Part shown: positions 1 through 7,994 of the stretch, in pieces
Position numbering within the stretch: the first letter of the stretch is position 1
How the letters are laid out: each line of letters begins with the position of its first letter
Source: an uncultured Candidatus Saccharibacteria bacterium
GTDB taxonomy: Bacteria; Patescibacteriota; UBA1384; CAZZBO01
Assembly: GCA_964652345.1 (NCBI GenBank)
Contig: CAZZBO010000002.1
Span: 1-61,095, forward strand
Length of the DNA: 61,095 nt
Direction: 5' to 3'
Made by a program: the position numbers and the translations under genes
The notes under the pieces: model-generated
Databases searched by the model: none
The model's input: only the letters and a program-made list of their open reading frames with translations
Told to the model about the DNA's origin: nothing

Positions 1-2
1 TT

Positions 3-1832
3 GGTACAAGTGGACAAACTGGGCGCAATCTATTTAGAGAAATACCTGCTTTTTTCCAATATGCTCGTTCCCAGGGCTATAGCAAGCTCAATTTTCATGG
101 CTGGAATCCCGAGCTAAATCGTGTTTTAGAACGGTTTGGCTTTGAGCAAATCAGAACCGATTCTATGGGAGAGTTTAGCGCTGATCTTTATGAAAAAACT
201 CTTTTAGAGCAAAAATCACAAGATGAAATTAATATGGAGCGTAAGAGAGCATTTGAACAAAAATATCTCCAAAAAATTAATCGTGAATATGAAAAAACTT
301 TAGCAACCTTTTCCCAAGAAAAACGTGCCCTTAAAGAAGAAACAATACTTTCGGCATATAACTCATTAGCAACTAGATTAAGCTCGACTGAAGGATTTGA
401 TTTTAACGAGATCTCGCGAGCGGTTTTAAAACTCAAATTAGCTCGACACTTCCAAACCCTAGACGAATTAGATATCAATACTCTTTATGATGCAATCGTG
501 GAAAGCCCAAAGTTCCTCCAAAGCGATAAAGGATCACTACACAGATTATTTGAACTGCACGAACAAAAAACATTGCAAAAAATTGCTGAAATTCGTAAAA
601 ACCGAGCTGAAATCACTGGAAATGAAGAATTTAACCCTATGGAAGCACTTTTTGAAACTAGCTCGGGAAAATATTATGTCGCCCGACTTTTAAACATGCC
701 CCACTTAGAACAAGAATCAAGATATATGAGTCATTGTGTTGGTACTAGCAATTCATATATTAATAAAATCAAAAACGGAGATATTGAAATTTTATCATTT
801 CGCTCCAAACCTACTTACAATAATCAAACTGGAAAACTCGAAGGTGACCGTCCGATCATCACTATAGAATACAATCTAAGAACAAATACTATCGAACAGA
901 TGAAAAAAGCAAATGATGCATATTTGAGCCCAAATGATCCATATTTTAACGATGTTATCGATGCATTAAAAACAGTACGGCAAACTACTACAGATACAGG
1001 AAAACCACGCAACTATAAAAAAATTAACAATTCTGAATTAGGAAATTTTTCAGTTAAGGATTATTACCTTTTAACTGATCGAGGTGAAATATCATTTCGT
1101 GATTTTGATCCAGATAGCAATCTTTTTGTTTTAAAGATGGGTGAAATGCCCATCACTCCTAATATGCCAAAACAAGATGCGAAAAAAATACTACAAATAG
1201 TTGAAGGTATCATTGTTGAAGAAAATGAAATTGCATTAGGTGAAAGCGAGTTAAATGAAAGTTCAAAAGTATACATCGGGGAGTGGAATATGGAAGTTTT
1301 TCAAAAAATTAGAAATTATCCGGACATCAAACATATCTATGAATCATCTCCTGACAAAAAGATATTTATGCAAACTTTGGAAACTGATCCAAGTATTAAC
1401 TCCGCAGAAATAGCCGAGCAAGCCCTTGAAGATAAGAATGACTATCTTTCCGATTGGGGCAAAGATATTCTTGAAAAGACTGAATTCAGCAAAGAAAGTC
1501 AAAAGTACGATCTAGTGCGATTTACCGTTTCCCAACTGGGTTTTCCAAATGGAGCGACAACTGATGAGATTTATGCCAGGGCAACAGAGCTTGGGCTTGA
1601 ACTTTGTCCGGCAGAAGTCGGACCGCATTTGCGATTGCAATATCGAGGCGGTGAATGGATGCTAATTGCAATGAAACAAATCACTGACCGGGATGGCTAT
1701 CCGAATGTGTTCTACCTGACTGCGAGCGGCGATCAGCTCGGACTCAGCGGCGTCAATGCCAACCCTTCGAACAGGTGGAATGCTGTCAGTAGCTTTGTCT
1801 TCCGTTTCCGTCAAGTTTCTCAAGAAGCTTAA
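3..1832 (+). CDS. 5'-partial multidomain hypothetical protein (GNAT-like fragment, PcfJ-like core, GC-rich C-terminal module)
   Basis: Frame 3 has no stop between nt 3 and the ATG at 165 listed in the track, so the gene is cut by the window edge. The edge fragment GQTGRNLFREIPAFFQYARSQGYSKLNFHGWNPELNRVLERFGFEQ reads like the acetyl-CoA-binding half of a GNAT fold. The central LEQESRYMSHCVGTSNSYINKIKNGDIEILSFR...PIITIEYN...IEQMKKAND resembles the PcfJ-like family core. The last ~110 codons are much more GC-rich. Confidence 0.6.
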   Translation, partial: GTSGQTGRNLFREIPAFFQYARSQGYSKLNFHGWNPELNRVLERFGFEQIRTDSMGEFSADLYEKTLLEQKSQDEINMERKRAFEQKYLQKINREYEKTLATFSQEKRALKEETILSAYNSLATRLSSTEGFDFNEISRAVLKLKLARHFQTLDELDINTLYDAIVESPKFLQSDKGSLHRLFELHEQKTLQKIAEIRKNRAEITGNEEFNPMEALFETSSGKYYVARLLNMPHLEQESRYMSHCVGTSNSYINKIKNGDIEILSFRSKPTYNNQTGKLEGDRPIITIEYNLRTNTIEQMKKANDAYLSPNDPYFNDVIDALKTVRQTTTDTGKPRNYKKINNSELGNFSVKDYYLLTDRGEISFRDFDPDSNLFVLKMGEMPITPNMPKQDAKKILQIVEGIIVEENEIALGESELNESSKVYIGEWNMEVFQKIRNYPDIKHIYESSPDKKIFMQTLETDPSINSAEIAEQALEDKNDYLSDWGKDILEKTEFSKESQKYDLVRFTVSQLGFPNGATTDEIYARATELGLELCPAEVGPHLRLQYRGGEWMLIAMKQITDRDGYPNVFYLTASGDQLGLSGVNANPSNRWNAVSSFVFRFRQVSQEA

Positions 1833-1990
1833 ACTCTTATATTCTTTGAACTATTTTTAAACTTGGATTCTTTGTCCCTTTGGTACTTATGCGGCGTAGC
1901 CAATCAATTAAATCTAAAACAATAAGTACAAAGTTATAAATGTTTATTGTTTTGATAATTATTATTTATAATTTGTTTAGACTTTATAAT

Positions 1991-4813
1991 TTAATTATTT
2001 AATACTTTTTTTAAATATTCTCCCGTATAACTTTTTGGATTATCGGCAACCTCTTCTGGTGTGCCTGTAGCGATAATTCTTCCCCCATTTTCTCCGCCCT
2101 CGGGACCAAGATCAATTATCCAATCTGCTGACTTTATAACATCTAGATTGTGCTCAATTATTAAAACACTGTTTCCTTTGTCAACCAACTTTTTTAATAC
2201 TCCGAGTAATTTTTTCACATCTTCAAAATGAAGACCGGTCGTAGGTTCGTCTAAGATATAAAAAGTATTACCCGAAGCAATTTTGGAAAGTTCGCTGGAA
2301 AGCTTTATCCGCTGCGCTTCGCCACCGGAAAGTGTAGTGGCGCTTTGTCCAAGCGACAGATACCCCAAGCCAACTTGTTGTAAAGTTGCCATTTTTCTCT
2401 CGATTTGAGGGATATTAGCAAAAAACTCACTAGCTTCATCTATTGTCATTTTTAAAACATCGGCAATATTTTTGTTTTTGTACTTCACCTCAAGAGTTTC
2501 TTTGTTGTACCGGCTTCCACGACAAATTTCGCAAGGAATAAACACATCAGGTAAAAAATGCATCTCTATTTTGATAATTCCATCACCATTACAGTGATCA
2601 CACCTTCCTCCGTCAACATTAAAAGAGAATCTGCCTGGAGTATAACCACGGGTGCGACCTGATGGAGTGCGAGCAAAAAGTTGACGGATATGATCAAATG
2701 CCTTGGTGTAGGTTGCCGAATTTGAACGAGGGGTTCGACCGATAGGGGATTGATCTATGACAATTACCTTGTCAATATTTTTATCTCCTTCTATCTGTTC
2801 GTAATTTCCCGGTTTTTCATGACTACGATAAATTTTTCGGGCAAGAGCTTTGTAAATTATATCGTTTACAAGGGTTGATTTACCGGAACCTGATACTCCG
2901 GTAACTACTGTCATCAAGCCAAGTGGAATCTTGACTGTAATGGTTTTGAGATTATTTTCTTTAGCTCCTTTTATTACGAGCCATCCCTTTTTAGGGCTTT
3001 TTCTATTTTTTGGGATTTCGATTTTTAGCTCTCCTTTGAGATATTGTGCGGTTAAACTATTTTGAGATAAAAAATCATCCAGTTTACCGCTGGCGACAAT
3101 TTTTCCTCCATGTTTGCCGGCTTTTGGTCCTACATCAATTAAATAATCTGCTTGTCTCATAGTTTCTTCATCGTGTTCCACCACCAATACCGTATTGCCT
3201 AAATCACGCAGATCTTTGAGTGTATTTATCAGTTTTTGATTGTCTTTTTGATGAAGCCCGATGGTCGGTTCGTCTAGCACATATAAAACGCCAACTAATT
3301 GCGAACCAACTTGGCTGGCAAGACGAATCCTTTGTGATTCTCCCCCCGAAAGAGTAATCGCAGAACGATCAAGGGTGAGATAACCGATCCCGACTGAAAT
3401 TAAAAAATTTAATCTATTTTGAATTTCTTTGATAATTCTTTCAGCAATTAGCATTTCTTGTTCGGAAAATTTAGTATCCATAAAAAATGAAAATAATTGC
3501 TCTACGGACATTTGCACCAAATCAGCAATATTTAATTTATGGACTTTGATTGCCAAAGATTGTTTTTTGAGTCGTGAGCCCTTACAAGTTTGGCAAGTTT
3601 TAGAAGAAAAATATTTAGATAATTCGTTTTTGACGCCTTCGGATTGAGTATTGTTGTAGCGATCCAAAAGATGATTTGCTAGTCCTTTGAAATTTATCAT
3701 AAAGTAATGTCCAGAACTTTGGGCAAAATATTTTATTTTTAGATCCGTACCGCTTTTTTTGGGCCCATTTAAAATATAATCTAATTTATAATCAGGTAAT
3801 TTTTCTATAGCATCATTGAGATCGATATCTATTTTTTCTGCTACTGCTTTGAGCAAAGCGCCATAATAATTGTTTTTTGAATAAGTCCAAGGCATAATTG
3901 CGCCTTGGTTGATGCTTAATTTTTTATTCGGAATGATTAAATTTTGATCAATTTCGGTTTTAAAGCTAAGTCCGTGACAATCCTCACAAGCGCCAAAGGG
4001 ACTATTAAATGAAAAAGAGCGGGGGGTAATCTCTTCTATAACAGTATCGTCATAAGGGCAAGCAAAATTTTGTGAGTATATAGTTTCTTTGTTTGTATTT
4101 AGATCTGAAACAATAATTAGTCCTTTTGCAAGTTTTAAAGCGGACTCGGCTGTCTCAGTGATACGATTTTTGGTAACATTTTGTATCTTGAAACGATCGA
4201 CTAAAACTTCAATGCTATGAGCTTTGTAACGATCAAGGGCTATAGTTTCGTCAAGTGAGTATATTTTGCCATTTACTCTTACTTTGGCAAACCCGCCATG
4301 AAAGAGATCGTAAAATAGCTGACTATATTCTCCTTTTCTACCACGCACTACGGGAGCAAAGAGTTCTAATTGATTATTTGGAGGATATTTGGAAATATTA
4401 TTTACGATTTGTTCTAAGGATTGCTTAGAAATTTCTCTGTTGCATGTCGTACAATAAGCGATACCGACTCTGGCAAATAAAAGACGAAGATAGTCATATA
4501 TTTCTGTTACCGTACCAACCGTTGAGCGTGGATTGTGTGAAGATGATTTTTGGTCAATAGAAATAGCTGGTGAAAGACCGTCGATATAATCTACATCTGG
4601 TTTTTCCATTTGTCCTAAGAATTGTCTCGCATAACTTGAGAGCGATTCAATATAACGACGTTGACCTTCGGCAAAAATTGTATCAAAAGCAAGCGAACTC
4701 TTACCAGAACCAGAAAGACCTGTGATTACTGTTAAGCTATTGCGGGGGATCTCTACATCAATGTTTTTCAAATTGTGTTCCCGCGCGCCTTTGACAAATA
4801 TTTTATCATCCAT
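1991..4813 (-). CDS. uvrA: excinuclease ABC subunit A
   Basis: 940 aa. Two ABC modules (Walker [10 protein letters not shown] and GVSGSGKST; signatures LSGGESQR and LSGGEAQR) plus CxxC zinc modules. Collinear with full-length UvrA. Confidence 0.97.
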   Translation of the reverse strand: MDDKIFVKGAREHNLKNIDVEIPRNSLTVITGLSGSGKSSLAFDTIFAEGQRRYIESLSSYARQFLGQMEKPDVDYIDGLSPAISIDQKSSSHNPRSTVGTVTEIYDYLRLLFARVGIAYCTTCNREISKQSLEQIVNNISKYPPNNQLELFAPVVRGRKGEYSQLFYDLFHGGFAKVRVNGKIYSLDETIALDRYKAHSIEVLVDRFKIQNVTKNRITETAESALKLAKGLIIVSDLNTNKETIYSQNFACPYDDTVIEEITPRSFSFNSPFGACEDCHGLSFKTEIDQNLIIPNKKLSINQGAIMPWTYSKNNYYGALLKAVAEKIDIDLNDAIEKLPDYKLDYILNGPKKSGTDLKIKYFAQSSGHYFMINFKGLANHLLDRYNNTQSEGVKNELSKYFSSKTCQTCKGSRLKKQSLAIKVHKLNIADLVQMSVEQLFSFFMDTKFSEQEMLIAERIIKEIQNRLNFLISVGIGYLTLDRSAITLSGGESQRIRLASQVGSQLVGVLYVLDEPTIGLHQKDNQKLINTLKDLRDLGNTVLVVEHDEETMRQADYLIDVGPKAGKHGGKIVASGKLDDFLSQNSLTAQYLKGELKIEIPKNRKSPKKGWLVIKGAKENNLKTITVKIPLGLMTVVTGVSGSGKSTLVNDIIYKALARKIYRSHEKPGNYEQIEGDKNIDKVIVIDQSPIGRTPRSNSATYTKAFDHIRQLFARTPSGRTRGYTPGRFSFNVDGGRCDHCNGDGIIKIEMHFLPDVFIPCEICRGSRYNKETLEVKYKNKNIADVLKMTIDEASEFFANIPQIERKMATLQQVGLGYLSLGQSATTLSGGEAQRIKLSSELSKIASGNTFYILDEPTTGLHFEDVKKLLGVLKKLVDKGNSVLIIEHNLDVIKSADWIIDLGPEGGENGGRIIATGTPEEVADNPKSYTGEYLKKVLNN

Positions 4814-4998
4814 TGCGGTATAATTTTATCAAAATATATTAAAACTTCAATCCGATGAATAATATTTTTTTATTTTGAGATATATTGTCAGTAAAATTTT
4901 TTGTGATTTCGAACAAACCTTAATTGTGATAATCTTAAAATGGAAAAAATATTTAATAAATTATAAATGTTGTGGTATTTTAATATAGTAATATTAGC

Positions 4999-5100
4999 TA
5001 CTCTGCACTAAGGTCGCAGAGTATTCCCCAAAAAGGGGAAAAGCTTGTTACCCCTACGCTTCGCTACGGGCTTTCTAAGATCCCCGTGGCAAGCACGGGG
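4999..5100 (+). other. GC-rich three-hairpin element (candidate structured 5' leader or small RNA; strand uncertain)
   Basis: H1 is TACTCTGC (4999-5006) / GCAGAGTA (5016-5023), 8 bp with a 9-nt loop. H2 abuts it: TTCCCC (5024-5029) / GGGGAA (5035-5040), loop AAAAA. H3 is CCCCGTG (5082-5088) / CACGGGG (5094-5100), loop GCAAG. The element sits in an otherwise very AT-rich 317-nt divergent spacer, 30 nt upstream of the ATG at 5131. Confidence 0.35.
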
Positions 5101-5130
5101 CATTACGAAAGGATAATAAAAAGGAGGTTT

Positions 5131-5544
5131 ATGAACCTAGATTTAATAAGAAAAAGAATTACGATGCTCGAAAAAGAAGAAGAGGATATAAAAAAATCAA
5201 AAGAAATGATAAAGAATGAGCTTGAAAATAATTCAGAATACATAGAAGCTCAAGAACAGTTAAGAAAAGCAATGCAAAGAAGAAAACAGATAAAAGATAG
5301 AATTCTTGGAAATACAACATATGTTCAACTGATGATGGATATGAAGGAAACAGAAGAAGAAATTTCAACTTTAAAAGAAGTTTTGAATACTGAATTGATT
5401 GAATTATTTGGAAAAACAAAATCAGATGAATTTACAGATGCTAACGGAGAAACAAGAAAATTTAAATTAAGCGCTAAATTATACCCGAAAGGATCAAATA
5501 AGTTTGAAAATATTAATGAAAACGAGAAAGAGAATCTTCGTTAA
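5131..5544 (+). CDS. small Lys/Glu-rich coiled-coil hypothetical protein
   Basis: ATG 5131 directly follows AAGGAGG (5121-5127). 137 aa, with heptad-like charged sequence (LEKEEEDIKKSKEMIKNELE...) and no catalytic motif recognised. The track start GTG 5086 lies inside hairpin H3 and has no SD. Confidence 0.6.
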   Translation: MNLDLIRKRITMLEKEEEDIKKSKEMIKNELENNSEYIEAQEQLRKAMQRRKQIKDRILGNTTYVQLMMDMKETEEEISTLKEVLNTELIELFGKTKSDEFTDANGETRKFKLSAKLYPKGSNKFENINENEKENLR

Positions 5545-7526
5545 TTTTCTAGCTTGATTTTTTCTTTTTGCATTTTTATTAGTACTCGAATTTCATCACG
5601 CAATACTGCCGCAAGCTCAAATTGAAGATTTTTCGAAGCTTCATTCATCTCTTTTGTTTTTGTTTTAATTCTTTCATTGATATTAATCTTTAATTCATCT
5701 ATTTCTACTGGGTCAACTTCAAATTCAGGAGCTAAAATTTCATCGGATAGAGATTGTATTTCTTTTTGGATGGTTTTTGGGGTGATATTATTATCTTTAT
5801 TGTATTCAAGCTGGATTTTTCGTCTTCTATTTGTTTCAGTCAATGCTTCATTTATTGAATTTGTGATTGTATCCGCGTATAGAATTACTTTTCCATCAAT
5901 ATTTCGAGCCGCTCTTCCTATTGTTTGAATGAGAGATCTAGAGGATCTTAAAAATCCTTCACGGTCAGCATCTAGAATTGCCACAAGAGATACTTCTGGT
6001 AGATCTAGTCCTTCGCGAAGCAAATTAATGCCTACTAACACATCAAATTTTCCTTCACGGAGTTCGGATAATATTTTTATTCTTTCAATTGTTTCAACTG
6101 ATGAATGCAGATAGTTAACTTTGATATTTTTTGATTTTAAAAATTCTGTTAAATCTTCTGCCATTTTTTTTGTAAGAGTGGTTATGAGCACTCTATGATT
6201 TTTTGTTGTAGTAATATTGATTTCACTGATTAGATCTTCAATTTGATTTTTTGTTTTTCGAATAATTAACTCTGGGTCAACAAGTCCAGTAGGACGAATT
6301 ATTTGTTCGACAAGGTTATCTTTGATATCCAATTCATAAGTTCCGGGAGTTGCTGTTGTATAAATTGTTTGGTTAATTTTTTGAGTAAATTCATTAAAGT
6401 TTAATGGACGATTATCTACGGCGGAAGGAAGGCGAAAACCGTGTTCGATAAGCGTAAGTTTACGCGATCTATCCCCCGCATACATACCGTTTAGTTGAGG
6501 GATTGTGACATGGGATTCATCGATTACCAATAAAAAATCTTTTGGAAAATATGATAATAAGGTTTCAGGTGGCTCTCCTGGCCTTCTATGATCAAGGTGT
6601 CTAGAATAGTTTTCAATGCCATTGCAATAACCGACTTCTTTGATTAATTCCAAATCATAATTTGTTCTTCGTTTTATCCGTTCAGCTTCCAGAATTTTAC
6701 CTTTTTTTAATAAACCTGCATGAAATGTATCAAACTCCTGTTTAATATTTTGTAAAGCTTCATCCAAATTTTCATCTGTTACAACATAGTGTTTAGCTGA
6801 AAAAATTGTGATTTTTTTGTGTAAAATTTTTTTTGTTGGATCAATAGTATTATATTCTAATATAGTAATTATTTTGTTGTTATCAGTAGTGATTCGATAA
6901 ATATTTTCTTTGTTGACAGGCATAATTTCGATAATCTCTCCTTTTATTCTAAAGGTGCCTCTTTTTAGTTCATATTCATTTCTTAAAAATTGTAGTTCAA
7001 TCAATTTTAGTTTTACTGATTCAAAGTCAATAGTTTGTCCAACTTCAAGGAACATAGTGGCTTTGGAATATGCCAGTGGAGATCCGATGCCATAAATACA
7101 AGATACGGAAGCAACTATAATCACATCTTTTCTAGTTAAGAGAGATTGAGTTGCCTGATGTCGCAGTCTGTCAATTTCGTCATTGATAGTTGCTTCCTTT
7201 TCTATATATGTATCAGTAGAAGGAATATATGCTTCAGGCTGGTAATAATCATAATATGAAACAAAGTATTCTACAGCATTGTCAGGAAAAAATTTGCGAT
7301 ATTCACTTGTTAATTGAGCGGCTAAGGTTTTATTATGAGCAATCACTAGGGTCGGTTTGTTGATTTTGTTAATCACATTAGCAATAGTAAAGGTTTTTCC
7401 CGAACCTGTAACACCTAGTAAGATTTGATGTTTTTTTTGTTTTTTTATACCTTCAACAAGAGAATCAATCGCTTGGGGTTGATCTCCTGTAGGATTAAAC
7501 TTTGAATTTAATGTAAACTGATCCAT
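5541..7526 (-). CDS. uvrB: excinuclease ABC subunit B
   Basis: 661 aa. Walker A GVTGSGKT, DESH box (VIDESHVT) and a C-terminal UVR motif (FELAAVLRDEIRVL). Collinear with UvrB. Confidence 0.97.
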   Translation of the reverse strand: MDQFTLNSKFNPTGDQPQAIDSLVEGIKKQKKHQILLGVTGSGKTFTIANVINKINKPTLVIAHNKTLAAQLTSEYRKFFPDNAVEYFVSYYDYYQPEAYIPSTDTYIEKEATINDEIDRLRHQATQSLLTRKDVIIVASVSCIYGIGSPLAYSKATMFLEVGQTIDFESVKLKLIELQFLRNEYELKRGTFRIKGEIIEIMPVNKENIYRITTDNNKIITILEYNTIDPTKKILHKKITIFSAKHYVVTDENLDEALQNIKQEFDTFHAGLLKKGKILEAERIKRRTNYDLELIKEVGYCNGIENYSRHLDHRRPGEPPETLLSYFPKDFLLVIDESHVTIPQLNGMYAGDRSRKLTLIEHGFRLPSAVDNRPLNFNEFTQKINQTIYTTATPGTYELDIKDNLVEQIIRPTGLVDPELIIRKTKNQIEDLISEINITTTKNHRVLITTLTKKMAEDLTEFLKSKNIKVNYLHSSVETIERIKILSELREGKFDVLVGINLLREGLDLPEVSLVAILDADREGFLRSSRSLIQTIGRAARNIDGKVILYADTITNSINEALTETNRRRKIQLEYNKDNNITPKTIQKEIQSLSDEILAPEFEVDPVEIDELKININERIKTKTKEMNEASKNLQFELAAVLRDEIRVLIKMQKEKIKLEN

Positions 7527-7556
7527 ACTTTATATATTAGCTTAAAATACATCAGA

Positions 7557-7585
7557 TTGACATCTGTTTATTTATCTATTAAAAT
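7557..7585 (+). promoter_or_regulatory. sigma70-like promoter for the membrane-protein/Clp-like pair
   Basis: TTGACA (7557-7562), 17-nt spacer, TAAAAT (7580-7585). About 50 nt upstream of the GTG at 7635. Confidence 0.5.
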
Positions 7586-7634
7586 TTGCTACAAAATTGC
7601 AATTTTGTTAATATATAATAAATAGGAGGGGATA

Positions 7635-7994
7635 GTGTTACTTGCAGATTATTTTAGATGGTGGTACACAAGCGGACTAGTTGCTTTTTATAAATGGTGG
7701 AAAGATTTACTTGGATTTATAATTTATTATTTTTCTATAAAAGACTTATTTAAGACACTTTTTGACCCATGGAAGAGGGATACAGTAAATTATGGTAAAT
7801 CTCTTGAGGCAATATTTAAAAATTTAACAGATAGTTTGATAAGTCGCTTAATGGGATTTACGGTTAGAATTATCGTTATTTTAATAGGACTGTTACTAGA
7901 GATATTTATATTGTTATTATCTTTTGTATCTCTCGTAATTTGGCTTGGGTTGTTTCCTTTTTGTATTTTATTAATAACAATTTCACTCAAATGA
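7635..7994 (+). CDS. small aromatic-rich membrane protein (hypothetical)
   Basis: GTG start shortly after AGGAGGG (7624-7630). 119 aa. The N-terminus carries YFRWWYTSG and FDPWKRD; the C-terminal half is hydrophobic helices (IIVILIGLLLEIFILLLSFVSLVIWLGLFPFCILLI). Its stop overlaps the next ATG (ATGA, 7991-7994). Confidence 0.7.
   Translation: MLLADYFRWWYTSGLVAFYKWWKDLLGFIIYYFSIKDLFKTLFDPWKRDTVNYGKSLEAIFKNLTDSLISRLMGFTVRIIVILIGLLLEIFILLLSFVSLVIWLGLFPFCILLITISLK

Noticed and set aside
1500-1832. The C-terminal GC-rich module might be a variable region of a diversity-generating retroelement (DGR). It ends ...NANPSNRWNAVSSFVFRFR, vaguely like the ...N..P..R....GFR ends of C-type-lectin DGR targets.
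   Set aside because: I saw no reverse transcriptase and no template-repeat copy anywhere in the window. The 158-nt downstream spacer is unrelated and AT-rich, and the motif similarity is weak. Elements upstream of the window cannot be excluded.
5086-5130. GTG start proposed by the ORF track for the coiled-coil gene (MASTGHYERIIKRRF...).
   Set aside because: The GTG sits inside the 7-bp hairpin stem at 5082-5100 and has no SD. ATG 5131 directly follows AAGGAGG.
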